Of a stretch of 64,000 bases of DNA, positions 40,492-50,848 are shown piece after piece (within the stretch, counting starts at the first letter, position 1; every line of letters starts with the position of its first letter). A model generated the notes under the pieces. That model saw nothing but the letters and a program-made list of their open reading frames with translations. It searched no databases and was not told the DNA's origin. Source of the DNA: Rickettsiales bacterium (GTDB lineage Bacteria; Pseudomonadota; Alphaproteobacteria; Rickettsiales; UBA1997). The stretch is taken from positions 794-64,793 of the forward strand of contig JBDOIV010000013.1 of assembly GCA_047404215.1 (NCBI GenBank), read 5' to 3'. Position numbers and translations under genes: made by a program.

Positions 40492-40627
40492 TATAATTTG
40501 TGATAATAACCCTTGACTTTTTTGTAAAAAATGTATGAAATTAAGTATAAGAAATTTGTAGCTTGAAAGCAATGCAAATTTTACTTTATCTTAAATTTTA
40601 TTCGTAATAGATATCTACAAAGAGTAA

Positions 40628-42400
40628 ATGAAGCAAGAATTAAATAATGACATTGAAAAAAGTAATTCCTTGCCTCGGGATGAGGGTGTTCCCGTAGGTG
40701 GAGGCAGGAAGCGAGCAAAAGATGTTATCGCGACCTTAGTCGAAAAGAAAGTTATTTCAGAAGATCAGATGGAAATTGCTCTTAGGGAGCAAATTAATCT
40801 TAATTATTCAAAAACGGTTGCTGCTATCTTGGTTGATATGGGCTTTATATCAGAAGGTGCCCTGAGTGAGATATTGAGTGAATCTACCGGTATTAAAAAA
40901 TTCGATATTAAAAGCTCGATTATTGACTCGAGACTAGTTAGAAAGGTTCCTAAGGAGTTTGCAATTCATAATAAGCTAATTCCGATTTCATTTGCAAATG
41001 GTAATATCACTATGGCAATGGCGGATATTTTTGATATTGTTGCCATAGACCAGGTTAAGAGATTTTTTCCACCTACATTAAAGATTAATCCGGTATATGT
41101 TGCTGAAGTTGATATAATGCATGCTATCGATCAGTATCATAGCTATGAAATGTCAATAGAAGGTATTTTGAGGGAGGTTGAGGAGACCGATCCTGATTTG
41201 ATTAATGATGAAACTGAGTTAAAGGGCGATTACAAGAGTCCTATGGTGCGTCTTGTTGATGCAATACTTACTGATGCGGTGCATAGGGGGGCTTCGGATT
41301 TGCACTTCGAGCCAGAAGCTTCTTTTTTGAGGATTAGATATAGAATTGATGGTAAAATGGTGCAAGTGCGCTCGATTCATAAAGAGCATTGGTCGGCAAT
41401 CTCGGTGCGTTTGAAGATAATGTCGGGAATGAATATTGCTGAAACTAGAAAGACACAGGATGGCAGGATAAACTCTGAAATAATAGGTAGAAATATTGAC
41501 TTTAGGGTTTCCGCCCAGCCCACAATTCACGGCGAAAATATCGTGATGAGAATTTTGGATGAAAAGCAATCGATCTTGTCATTAGATGATTTGGGCTTTT
41601 CGGAGTATTCGATCAATCTTCTTAAGAAGATGGTAAAGCGTCCAGAGGGGGTTATAATCATGACTGGGCCGACTGGGAGTGGAAAAACGACAACTTTATA
41701 CACTATTTTGAGTTATATTAACTCAATTGATAAAAATATTATGACACTAGAGGATCCGGTTGAGTATAACCTGCCCCTGATTAGACAGTCGAGCATAAAA
41801 TCAGATGTGGGTATGGATTTTGCATCGGGAATAAAGTCGATTTTGCGTCAAGATCCAGATGTAATTTTGGTTGGTGAGGTTAGGGATAAGGACACCGCTG
41901 AAAGTGCGATACAGGCTGCGATGACTGGTCACCAAGTATTTACTAGTTTACACACTAATGATGCGCTAGCGGCGATTCCTCGTTTAATGAATATTGGAGT
42001 TCCTAACTACTTGATGGCAGGATCTCTGATTGGGATCTTTGCACAAAGATTGGCCAGAAAGCTTTGCGATTCATGTAAAGAGAAGCATGACCTAACGCCA
42101 GAAGAAAGAACTGTTATGGGTCCAAAATATGCAAAAGTTAAGCAGATATATAAAGCGAAGGGTTGTAAAAAATGCCAAGGCACTGGTTATAAAGGAAGGA
42201 CCGTGGTTGCAGAAATAATAGTATTTGATAGAGAGCTTGACGACATGATTTCTTCGGGTAAAAGTAGAAAAGAAATGTATAATTACATCATATCAAAAGG
42301 CTTTGTTACCATGCAAGAGGATGGTATTCAAAAAGTCGTTGCAGGGGTCACTGACCTTGAAGAGTTAATGCGAGTTGTTGACCTTACCGACAGGTTTTAA
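40628..42400 (+). CDS. GspE/PilB family secretion or pilus assembly ATPase
   Basis: ASDLHFEP, GPTGSGKTTTLY, EDPVEY, LRQDPDVILVGEVRD, TGH, CxxC...CxxC. Confidence 0.93.
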   Translation: MKQELNNDIEKSNSLPRDEGVPVGGGRKRAKDVIATLVEKKVISEDQMEIALREQINLNYSKTVAAILVDMGFISEGALSEILSESTGIKKFDIKSSIIDSRLVRKVPKEFAIHNKLIPISFANGNITMAMADIFDIVAIDQVKRFFPPTLKINPVYVAEVDIMHAIDQYHSYEMSIEGILREVEETDPDLINDETELKGDYKSPMVRLVDAILTDAVHRGASDLHFEPEASFLRIRYRIDGKMVQVRSIHKEHWSAISVRLKIMSGMNIAETRKTQDGRINSEIIGRNIDFRVSAQPTIHGENIVMRILDEKQSILSLDDLGFSEYSINLLKKMVKRPEGVIIMTGPTGSGKTTTLYTILSYINSIDKNIMTLEDPVEYNLPLIRQSSIKSDVGMDFASGIKSILRQDPDVILVGEVRDKDTAESAIQAAMTGHQVFTSLHTNDALAAIPRLMNIGVPNYLMAGSLIGIFAQRLARKLCDSCKEKHDLTPEERTVMGPKYAKVKQIYKAKGCKKCQGTGYKGRTVVAEIIVFDRELDDMISSGKSRKEMYNYIISKGFVTMQEDGIQKVVAGVTDLEELMRVVDLTDRF

Positions 42401-42569
42401 GGTTTATTTTTGCCTTGGTAGTAACTTTTTTCTCGACCAAGTAAGTAATTACGTGGTGCTCGAAACAAACTAGTCGTCAAGGAAAAAACAAACCCACAGA
42501 TATTTTTCGAAAATACTTGCAAAATCATAAAATATATGTTATAATAAAGAGAAATTAATATAGATTGAT

Positions 42570-43040
42570 ATGTTGCAAAAAACAAATAAATTAATAACAA
42601 ATTTTACCAATTATTTCAATATCCAGGGCCTGATGGAAAACGAAGGTTTCAAGGTCCAGACTAATGAAATAGAGGTTATTGCCTGGCCGCAGTTTCTTGA
42701 AAACACGCAAGAAGGAATGACTCTGATGAATGTTTGGAGCTATAATATGAAAATTGTCAACAAGGGTAATAGAGTAATTAAACTTAAAAGAAGATATTTT
42801 AAAATAGTTGACGACAAGGGTGAGGTTAAAGAGGTAGAGGGGGAAGGTGTGATAGGCAAGCAGCCTGAAATTTTACCCAACGATTTCTTTGAATATCAAT
42901 CCAGTATCAGCTTAGAGGCTGATTCGGCAATTATGAGTGGCCACTATATAATGGAGTATATGGATAATGACGAAAGTCAAGTTGTTGCTATTCCAAACTT
43001 TTCTTTAGACACCCCGGCTAATGACTATATTATCAATTAA
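42570..43040 (+). CDS. apaG: ApaG-domain protein
   Basis: WSY-x-IVN, VEGEGVIGKQP, MSGHY, IPNFSLD; alternative start at 42633. Confidence 0.9.
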   Translation: MLQKTNKLITNFTNYFNIQGLMENEGFKVQTNEIEVIAWPQFLENTQEGMTLMNVWSYNMKIVNKGNRVIKLKRRYFKIVDDKGEVKEVEGEGVIGKQPEILPNDFFEYQSSISLEADSAIMSGHYIMEYMDNDESQVVAIPNFSLDTPANDYIIN

Positions 43041-43711
43041 TGAAAATTTTAGCCTTTGATACTACGGCGACAATTGAATCTGTTGCGGTTTATGTCGATG
43101 ATCGAGTCGTAAGCGTCAAACCCTTGATGCAAAGACTTAGTGCCGCTGAGATTCTTACCACTAATATTGCCGAGATAATGAGTGAGCAAAATTTGCAATT
43201 CTCTGATCTTGATGCGATAGTTGTTAGCAATGGACCAGCTAGCTTTACTTCAGTTCGAATTGGCCTTGCTTGTGCCAAAGGGTTATCATTGGCGTCTGAC
43301 GGCAGATTGATGATGTTTGATTCGCTGATGACTCAAGCTTATGGCTACAGAGCTCATAAAGGTAAAATTACGGTGGCGGTAGATGCCAAAATGGATGAAT
43401 ACTTTGTTGCCAGCTTTATTTCAGATGGTGAAACGCTATCCTGTGACCAGCAATCGCGACTAGTGGGATCTTCTGAATTGTCTGATGTTGCAATAGAAAA
43501 GGGCCAGTTTGTGATTGGTAGTGGCGCTAGTGACTTATTAGCGGCAAATTCCATAAAATCTGATGAAGTTAAGGTGCAAGATGAAAATGGCGAGCAGATT
43601 TTGGCTGAAAATTTAGTTTTGATGGCGATTAATTGCCAAGCTCAAGCAACCTCTAATTCTTCTCCCAATTATATTCGCAATCCTAAGATTGGCAAAAGAA
43701 AAAATAGCTAA
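43040..43711 (+). CDS. tsaB: tRNA threonylcarbamoyladenosine biosynthesis protein TsaB
   Basis: MKILAFDT, GPASFTSVRIGL, DAKMDE, PNYIR. Confidence 0.9.
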   Translation: MKILAFDTTATIESVAVYVDDRVVSVKPLMQRLSAAEILTTNIAEIMSEQNLQFSDLDAIVVSNGPASFTSVRIGLACAKGLSLASDGRLMMFDSLMTQAYGYRAHKGKITVAVDAKMDEYFVASFISDGETLSCDQQSRLVGSSELSDVAIEKGQFVIGSGASDLLAANSIKSDEVKVQDENGEQILAENLVLMAINCQAQATSNSSPNYIRNPKIGKRKNS

Positions 43712-43748
43712 ATTGTTCAAAAAAGCCTAGAAATGCAAACGGTAAAAT

Positions 43749-45788
43749 CTACGAAATATTTTTGCTGATAGATTTGATGTAAACCATGATTGCCATTACT
43801 GCAGCCGGAGTAACGCCTTGAATTCTTAATGCGGCGCCAATGTTACTTGGTCGAGACTGATTGAGCTTTTCCCTAACCTCAAGAGACAGGCTTTGAATCT
43901 TATTATAATCTAAGTTTTCTGGAATTTTCAAAGCTTCATCTTTTCGCAATAAGACGATATCAGCATCCTGTCTTTTGATGTAAGGTGCGTATAAAGCATC
44001 AATTGCAACTTGTTTTTGGGTTGAAAAATCAAATTTCTCTATTTCTTCTTGCCATATTTTGTTCAGAGGCTCAAGGAACTCTTTATTATTACTCTTTAGA
44101 GCTTTATTTTCGCCATTATTTCGAGCTAAAGGGTTGATGTTTGGCAGGGCTAGTAACTCATAAGCGGATCTTTTAACGCCATCTTGCTTGATTTCGATGC
44201 CAAAGTCTGATAGTTTTTTTGGTGTAATTATCAAAGACCTCAGAACTTCTTTCATTTGGTTTATCTTGACGACTTTTGCAGTAAAGAATTCTTGTCTTTT
44301 GGAGCTGGCTGCTCCGATGTCAATTGCTTTTTGAGTTAGCCTAAGATCAGCATTATCGGCTCTTAGGGAGAGCCGATATTCAGCTCTAGAAGTAAGCATG
44401 CGATAAGGCTCTTGTACGCCAAGTAGCGTTAAATCATCAATCATAACGCCAATATAGCTCGAAGCGCGGTCTAAAATGAACTCTTCTTTATTATCAATTT
44501 TTAATGCGGCATTGATACCAGCTACTAACCCCTGGCCAGCAGCCTCCTCATAGCCAGTAGTGCCATTGATCTGGCCAGCAAAAAATAAATTGGATATTTT
44601 TTTAGTTTCCAAAGTAAGTTTTAACTCTTGTGGATTAACATAGTCATATTCAATTGCATATCCAGGCTGGGTAACGATGCAATTTTCTAAGCCGGCAATG
44701 GTTTTTAGAAATTTAAGCTGCACATCTTCTGGCAACGAGGTAGAGATGCCATTTGGATAGACTAGCTGATGCGGCTGTAGATTGTTCATGTCAATTTTGC
44801 CATCATAATCTGACGGCTCAACCCCTTCTGGTTCCAAAAATATTTGGTGGCGATCTTTATCAGCAAAACGATGAATTTTATCTTCAATTGAAGGGCAATA
44901 TCTAGGGCCTTTGGAGGCAATCTGACCGCCATACATTGCTGATTTTTCGAGGTTTTCTTGAATCACTTTATGAGTTTGATTGTTGGTGTAGGTGATGTAG
45001 CAGCTGGTTTGTGGGGTAGAAACTGCGCTATTTAAGTGCGAAAAGGGCGTTGGTGGGTGATCTCCGGACTGTTCTTCAAGTTTAGAAAAGTCAATTGAAG
45101 ATTTTAAAATTCGCGCTGGAGTGCCAGTTTTAAGGCGAGCTAGTTGAAAATTATATTCAAGTAAACGCTCTGAAATGCCTGTTGAGGGCTCTTCTCCAAC
45201 TCTACCAGCCTTGGTTTGTTGGTCGCCAATATGAATAACGCCATTTAAGAAGGTGCCAGCAGTTAAAATGACTGATTTAGCGCTTATTTCTTGATCTTTA
45301 TCAATAATAATTCCGTTAATTTTATCATTTTTTATTAAAATATCGTCAACATTGCCAAAAAATATTGTCAAATTACCATTTTTGCTTGAGAATTCTCTAA
45401 TTCCGGCATTATATTTGTCAATATCGAGTTCTAAATCATAATCTTGCTTTAAAATTTGTAAAATTGCTTTTTTATATAAAGAGCGATCAGCTTGGGCGCG
45501 CGGACTGTGAACTGCGGGGCCTTTAGAAGCATTAAGGATGCGAAAATGAATTCCAGCTAGATCAATTGCCTTGGCCATCATGCCATCCAGGGCGTCAACT
45601 TCTTTGACAATAGTGCCCTTGGCAACGCCGCCAATAGCGGGATTGCAGGACATTTCGCCAAAATTATCGAATTTTTTAGTTACAAGTAGGGTTTTTTTAT
45701 TCATGCGTGCAGCAGCGCAGGCAGCTTCTATACCCGAATGCCCAGCTCCGATTACAATAATGTCAAAGTTTTTGCCAGAAAATGTCAT
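43749..45788 (-). CDS. mnmG: tRNA uridine-5-carboxymethylaminomethyl synthesis enzyme MnmG/GidA, with three lineage-specific insertions
   Basis: [56 protein letters not shown]. Confidence 0.98.
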   Translation of the reverse strand: MTFSGKNFDIIVIGAGHSGIEAACAAARMNKKTLLVTKKFDNFGEMSCNPAIGGVAKGTIVKEVDALDGMMAKAIDLAGIHFRILNASKGPAVHSPRAQADRSLYKKAILQILKQDYDLELDIDKYNAGIREFSSKNGNLTIFFGNVDDILIKNDKINGIIIDKDQEISAKSVILTAGTFLNGVIHIGDQQTKAGRVGEEPSTGISERLLEYNFQLARLKTGTPARILKSSIDFSKLEEQSGDHPPTPFSHLNSAVSTPQTSCYITYTNNQTHKVIQENLEKSAMYGGQIASKGPRYCPSIEDKIHRFADKDRHQIFLEPEGVEPSDYDGKIDMNNLQPHQLVYPNGISTSLPEDVQLKFLKTIAGLENCIVTQPGYAIEYDYVNPQELKLTLETKKISNLFFAGQINGTTGYEEAAGQGLVAGINAALKIDNKEEFILDRASSYIGVMIDDLTLLGVQEPYRMLTSRAEYRLSLRADNADLRLTQKAIDIGAASSKRQEFFTAKVVKINQMKEVLRSLIITPKKLSDFGIEIKQDGVKRSAYELLALPNINPLARNNGENKALKSNNKEFLEPLNKIWQEEIEKFDFSTQKQVAIDALYAPYIKRQDADIVLLRKDEALKIPENLDYNKIQSLSLEVREKLNQSRPSNIGAALRIQGVTPAAVMAIMVYIKSISKNIS

Positions 45789-45929
45789 ATTTGCTTAATT
45801 AATTAGGTAAATTATAGCGGCAAATGCTTTAAATGTCAAGCTTTTCAAAATGAACAGTTGACATTTAAGTGAAATTATGTCATAATATTTACAATGTAAT
45901 AAAAATTTATTGTTTTAAGGATTTGTTTT

Positions 45930-48671
45930 ATGTTAGATTGTTTTTTTAAAAAGAGTTATTTATATAGTGCGGTAATTTGCTTGTTTGTTTTTTCTTGCTC
46001 ATCTGGAGGTGGAGGTGGTAGCTCGGCGCCAGTATCTAGTTTTACTGATAATGGTGAGGCTGCATGGCAAAGTTTATCAGATTATAATGATGTAGGAATG
46101 AAATATCGTACTAGCGAATATAATAGGGCTAATAACAGTAAGTATATTACAAAAGAGCAATATGAAGCATATGCCTCGGATCAGGAAGACTTCTTAATGT
46201 TTATTTCAAATGTTGAATATGACAGTGTAAATGATGAATATAATGTTTCAGAAGTTAGCGAAGAAGATCAAAAAAAATTCTTTAGTCAAACTAATAATCC
46301 GTATATAACAGGAGATAAATCTAATAGAGTGTACCGAGATTATTATGTGATAAGTGCTTATGATCAGATTAATTTAGCTCAAGGCTATGCTTTGCTAGAG
46401 CAAAACGGCAAGCCGGTTGCGGGTGATGGTTATGTTGTTGGTGTTTTTGATACGGGTATTGATTATAACCATGCAGCTTTTAGTGGAGATGGTAAGTTAT
46501 CTAGATTGCAAAAAGATGGCAAAAACTTTCAAGATAGTGTCGATCTTTATGACCGTGATGGTCACGGTACCCATGTGTCAGGAATTATTGCGGCAGGCAA
46601 AGATGGTAATGAGATGCATGGAGTTGCATATAATGCTACTATTGCTGCACTAAATGTGTATCCTGTTTCTGATGAGCAAGAGAATGAAATTGTTCAAGTA
46701 TTTGCTGATAATGGTGTAGGAGTTGTTAATATAAGCATGGGCTTTAATGGGGTTGATTATTTAGAAAAAGGAAAATACAACTCTGCTATCAAAGAAGATT
46801 TAACTGACGAATATGATGATGAGTTATTTGGTGATGGTGGACTTAAAGATCAGTGCAAGGTGGCAAAAGATAATGATGTTTTGCTTGTTATGTCTGCGGG
46901 AAATATTGGTTTTTATGGGGTCGATGAGCGCGTTGTTCACTGGTCGGGTGAAGAGATGGGCGGTGGGGGTCAATATTATTTACCAAATCTGCAATATTCT
47001 CATAATCCTGAATATTTTGCACTTCTGGGAATTGAAGAAGAGTTACAGGGTTCAATTTTAATGGTAGGTAATTATGACACAGAATATTTGGATGGTCATC
47101 AAAGTTTTAAATGTGGCGTAGCAAAAGATTATTGCTTGTTTGCTCCGGGTACCAATATATATTCATCGGTTTCATCGGTTTTAGGCAGGGGTTATGACTC
47201 ATTTACTGGATCATCGATGTCGGCGCCAATGGTATCTGGCGCTGCTGCGATTTTAAGAGCTGCTTGGCCGCACCTAACAAACACTCAAACGGCCGATATT
47301 TTGTTAAAGTCTGCTACTGATATTGGTGAAGCGGGTGTTGATGAAGTTTATGGTCATGGCTTGCTTAATGTAGCTGGGGCTATTAATAGAATTGGTAATG
47401 ATGGTATTGCATCAGGCACCAGGGTTAGTAATGACGGATTTAGTGCTACAAATAGCAGGATATACTCTTCTAGAGCCTTTGGCGATGCTTTCGATGGTGA
47501 AGTGAGTTCGTTATTAGCAAATGCAATTTATTTTGATGACTATGGTCGAGACTACAAAGCCAATCTTGATAAAAATATTATAACGCGTAGAGAGCAGTCT
47601 GTGTTAGCAAACATTATGTTTAACGATAATCTTTCTGCAACTTTGCCATTTGACTCTGGCATTGGACAAGTTAGATTCAAGCTATCCCAAAATAGTGGAG
47701 GTGATATCTTCAGTGATGAGTTTAGTGAAAAATATTTTACCGTTGATAAAGAAAAGTTCTATCGTGATAGAGAAAGAAATAAAAACCTATCTTTGTCATA
47801 TGCTAGCAATGTTAGTGATAAGCTGAAGCTTGGATTCTTATCTAATGACTTCATTCGTAGTGAAGATAGCGAATTCTCAAATCAATTCTTCTTGATCAAT
47901 AGCGATATGTCGAGTATCAACAATATCGTAAATAGCAATCCTGTAGCAGAGAGTCGGGTCGATCAAAAGGCGTTTTATGCTTCTAATCAAATCTCTGACA
48001 ATCTATCGGGCAGTTTCTCTTACAGATTTAATGGTAATAATTTTGATGTTAATAGATCGGGCCTAGCCAGTAAGATGAGCGTTGGAAAATTGAGATATAA
48101 ATTTGCAGACTTTGATATGATCTTGGGATACTCGCAGTTAACTGAATATCAAGATAGATCATTAGGCGGAGTTTCTTTAGAAGCGTTTTCTAATAGCGAG
48201 GATACGGTGACTAACGTTGCAACGATTAAACTAAAGAAAAGAATTACCGATGATATTTTTATGATATCCGGCTATAACGAGGGAAGAACCGCAATGTCAG
48301 GAAATGATAATGGTGTTTTCAGGGGATTTTCTAACGTTAAAAGTAATGGTTATAGCGTAGGGGTGTTTGACGAAAACTTTATGGGCGGTAAGTTGGCAAT
48401 AAACTACTCGCAGCCACTTAGAATCTATGACTCTGCGGTCAATATTAATATTCCAATAGCCAGAGATAATAAAGGTAATGTTCAAAGGCTAGTCGCTGAT
48501 AATGTTAAGTTGGAACCGTCCGGAAGACAAAGAGATCTGGAGCTTTCATATGGAATTGCTGGCAAGGATTCTAATTTACAGTTCAACTTTTTGATGATCC
48601 AGGATCCAGGACATAATGCTAATGCTAAAAATGAGTATATTTACTATACGAAATATGGCTATAAGTTCTAG
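45930..48671 (+). CDS. S8 subtilase lipoprotein with a predicted C-terminal beta-barrel (NalP/SphB1-like autotransporter)
   Basis: Lipobox-like VFSC then a poly-Gly linker; VFDTG, HGTHVSG, GSSMSAP triad; YGHGLLN; ends in aromatic-rich YGYKF. Confidence 0.85.
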   Translation: MLDCFFKKSYLYSAVICLFVFSCSSGGGGGSSAPVSSFTDNGEAAWQSLSDYNDVGMKYRTSEYNRANNSKYITKEQYEAYASDQEDFLMFISNVEYDSVNDEYNVSEVSEEDQKKFFSQTNNPYITGDKSNRVYRDYYVISAYDQINLAQGYALLEQNGKPVAGDGYVVGVFDTGIDYNHAAFSGDGKLSRLQKDGKNFQDSVDLYDRDGHGTHVSGIIAAGKDGNEMHGVAYNATIAALNVYPVSDEQENEIVQVFADNGVGVVNISMGFNGVDYLEKGKYNSAIKEDLTDEYDDELFGDGGLKDQCKVAKDNDVLLVMSAGNIGFYGVDERVVHWSGEEMGGGGQYYLPNLQYSHNPEYFALLGIEEELQGSILMVGNYDTEYLDGHQSFKCGVAKDYCLFAPGTNIYSSVSSVLGRGYDSFTGSSMSAPMVSGAAAILRAAWPHLTNTQTADILLKSATDIGEAGVDEVYGHGLLNVAGAINRIGNDGIASGTRVSNDGFSATNSRIYSSRAFGDAFDGEVSSLLANAIYFDDYGRDYKANLDKNIITRREQSVLANIMFNDNLSATLPFDSGIGQVRFKLSQNSGGDIFSDEFSEKYFTVDKEKFYRDRERNKNLSLSYASNVSDKLKLGFLSNDFIRSEDSEFSNQFFLINSDMSSINNIVNSNPVAESRVDQKAFYASNQISDNLSGSFSYRFNGNNFDVNRSGLASKMSVGKLRYKFADFDMILGYSQLTEYQDRSLGGVSLEAFSNSEDTVTNVATIKLKKRITDDIFMISGYNEGRTAMSGNDNGVFRGFSNVKSNGYSVGVFDENFMGGKLAINYSQPLRIYDSAVNINIPIARDNKGNVQRLVADNVKLEPSGRQRDLELSYGIAGKDSNLQFNFLMIQDPGHNANAKNEYIYYTKYGYKF

Positions 48672-49159
48672 CTTTTAACTCTTTTTCGAAATAAGGTAAT
48701 AGCAATAATTGCCGCGGTAAGAGAGGCGATTAGGTTCCAAAAAGCCATTGATAATCCTAAAAATAATAGCTCGGGCTGATCGCAGCGAGCAGAGGTTTTG
48801 CTATTAATTGCTAGCTTTAGATCTTCCAATGAATTAGATTGAGCAAGGTTGTCTGAACATTTAGCTGTCATTTTAAAAACTTTTTGCTCCACTCCAACGT
48901 GATAAAAAGCAATTGCAGAGTTGGCAAATAAAGCAAGGATCGATAAAATGATAGCGCTTTTGATAAGGTGTTTTTTGTTAATCAATAGCGCCAATATTGA
49001 GGCTATAATTATCAAGAAGTAGGGTATTCTTTGGTATAAACACAATATGCAGGGCTTGTATCCATATAAATATTCAGATATATAAGCTGCGGCGAGGGCG
49101 CAGATGCAAAAAATTAACAAGATAGAAATGATTAGCTTTGTGGTGATTGCTATTTTCAT
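48668..49159 (-). CDS. dsbB: Disulfide bond formation protein B
   Basis: PCILCLYQR, YHVGVE, second Cys pair, GLSMAFWN. Confidence 0.92.
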   Translation of the reverse strand: MKIAITTKLIISILLIFCICALAAAYISEYLYGYKPCILCLYQRIPYFLIIIASILALLINKKHLIKSAIILSILALFANSAIAFYHVGVEQKVFKMTAKCSDNLAQSNSLEDLKLAINSKTSARCDQPELLFLGLSMAFWNLIASLTAAIIAITLFRKRVKS

Positions 49160-50370
49160 AATTGCTGCAATAGTGATTTAGCGTTAATCTTTCTTTTTTC
49201 AACTTCTGGCTGATCAAATGGATCGATGTTTCTGATTTTAGCAAGCAAGATGACTTCTAAAAACATATGCATCATTAGTGCCGATAAACTTCTTTCGTTC
49301 ATTTCTTCAAGTTCAAAAAGTCTAACAGGGCAGTTCTTCGCGATTAATGATTCAATAGTAGTTTTGGCTTCTATGGCAACAATAGAGCTGAGATTTTTAT
49401 TGCCAAATAAAGTTGCAACATCGTCAAGATCGTTGATTTTGAATTCAGCGCGATGATTTTTATTGACAAAAAAAGTAAAAAATTTATCCTTAGGGCCGTC
49501 GAGATAGAGCTGTAGCTGTGAATGCTGGTCTACTGTGCCTAGAGAGTTAATGGGAACCGAGCCAAAGCCATTTTTTCCAAGAGACTCTGCCCATAATTGT
49601 CGATACCAATCGGTAAATTTTTTTAAATCGTCAATGTAGGGCATCATGACATTGCCACGAATATTTTGATCAAATAAGTCGCTTTGAGTTGCGGCAGATT
49701 TAGCTATATTATTGCTAGGATTGTTGATAAAGTCGGTAACTATGTCTTTAGCGCCTATGATAATCTTGTCAATATCAAGGCCAGATAATATTGCTGGCAA
49801 CAACCCTACCACAGTGAAGCAAGAGAATCTGCCGCCAACATCTTCAGGGTGATGGTATATTTTGCAATTAATAGATTTGGCAATTTTAGCAATTGGATTA
49901 TCGCGATCTTGAGTGATAAATAGAAATTTTTCTTGGGCACTAATTTGCTCTTGCTTTAATTTTTCTACTAATATTAAAGTTTGGCAAATAGTTTCAATGG
50001 TGTTGCCTGATTTACTGATTACAACAAAGAATGTTTCAGTTAGATTTAGTTGCGATATTTTTTTTGCAATCGTGCCAGGGTCAATAGACTCAAGAAAATC
50101 AACCTTGTCTTTATTTTTGCCGATTTCGTTAAAAGTTTTGCCTCCAAGCGAAGAGCCGCCAACGCCGATAATTACTATTTTCTTATAATTTTGCAATTCA
50201 CGTGCTAGATTTTTGATATTTTCTATCTCTTTATTATTGTAAATTGCTGAAATTTGTGGAAAATGGCCGGCAGAAACTTTGGATGCGATGTCCTGATAGG
50301 ATTTTAGCGTTAGATCTGATGAGGCGTCTTGCACATTAACAAGGCTGTGTTGCAATAAATTTTTAATCAT
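49156..50370 (-). CDS. pgi: Glucose-6-phosphate isomerase
   Basis: GVGGSSLG, SKSGNTIET, VGGRFS, QLWAESLGK, DQHSQLQ, PFDQPEVE. Confidence 0.93.
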   Translation of the reverse strand: MIKNLLQHSLVNVQDASSDLTLKSYQDIASKVSAGHFPQISAIYNNKEIENIKNLARELQNYKKIVIIGVGGSSLGGKTFNEIGKNKDKVDFLESIDPGTIAKKISQLNLTETFFVVISKSGNTIETICQTLILVEKLKQEQISAQEKFLFITQDRDNPIAKIAKSINCKIYHHPEDVGGRFSCFTVVGLLPAILSGLDIDKIIIGAKDIVTDFINNPSNNIAKSAATQSDLFDQNIRGNVMMPYIDDLKKFTDWYRQLWAESLGKNGFGSVPINSLGTVDQHSQLQLYLDGPKDKFFTFFVNKNHRAEFKINDLDDVATLFGNKNLSSIVAIEAKTTIESLIAKNCPVRLFELEEMNERSLSALMMHMFLEVILLAKIRNIDPFDQPEVEKRKINAKSLLQQL

Positions 50371-50473
50371 CGTATAATGTTTATTACAATTATAACATTA
50401 AAATTAAAAAATAAAACTAAAAAAACTTGAAAATTGCGATTTTATATGTTATAATTAATAATGATTCTGCATT

Positions 50474-50547
50474 GGCTGGGTAGCAAAGTGGTAATGCAGG
50501 GGCCTGCAAAGCCTCTATCGTCGGTTCGATTCCGACCCCGGCCTCCA
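50474..50547 (+). tRNA. tRNA-Cys (GCA)
   Basis: Cloverleaf: acceptor GGCTGGG/CCCGGCC, anticodon loop CT-GCA-AA, TTCGATT T-loop, encoded CCA. Confidence 0.96.
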
Positions 50548-50645
50548 ATCTCTAGAATCTAAATTAGTACAAAATATAGCGTTTATCTGCAATGAAAATT
50601 GATTAGAATTCTGTCTGCGCTTCTCTTCGCTCCTTCTAAGGGTAA

Positions 50646-50774
50646 TTAAAAATGCAGCGTCGCTGTTATACCATCTTTAAAATCCAAAAAATCATCTATC
50701 TCACCTTCCGTGGCCAAGAAAGATTTGACTCTATCTAATATTAATCTTACAATCTCGTGACAATATTGTTGCTT
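50646..50774 (-). pseudogene. Possible ankyrin-repeat gene remnant
   Basis: Start-less 42-codon frame HEIVRLILDR...KDGITATLHF resembles the ankyrin consensus. Confidence 0.3.
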
Positions 50775-50848
50775 TTAGTTGCTAGAAGTGGGTTTTTAGA
50801 TTTTTATTTTAGCAATAATTGTTTAAATAATAATAATGCAATAAAAAC

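Noticed and set aside
42397-42600. 67-aa minus-strand ORF between the ATPase and apaG
   Set aside because: No recognisable features, and it overlaps the apaG promoter and start
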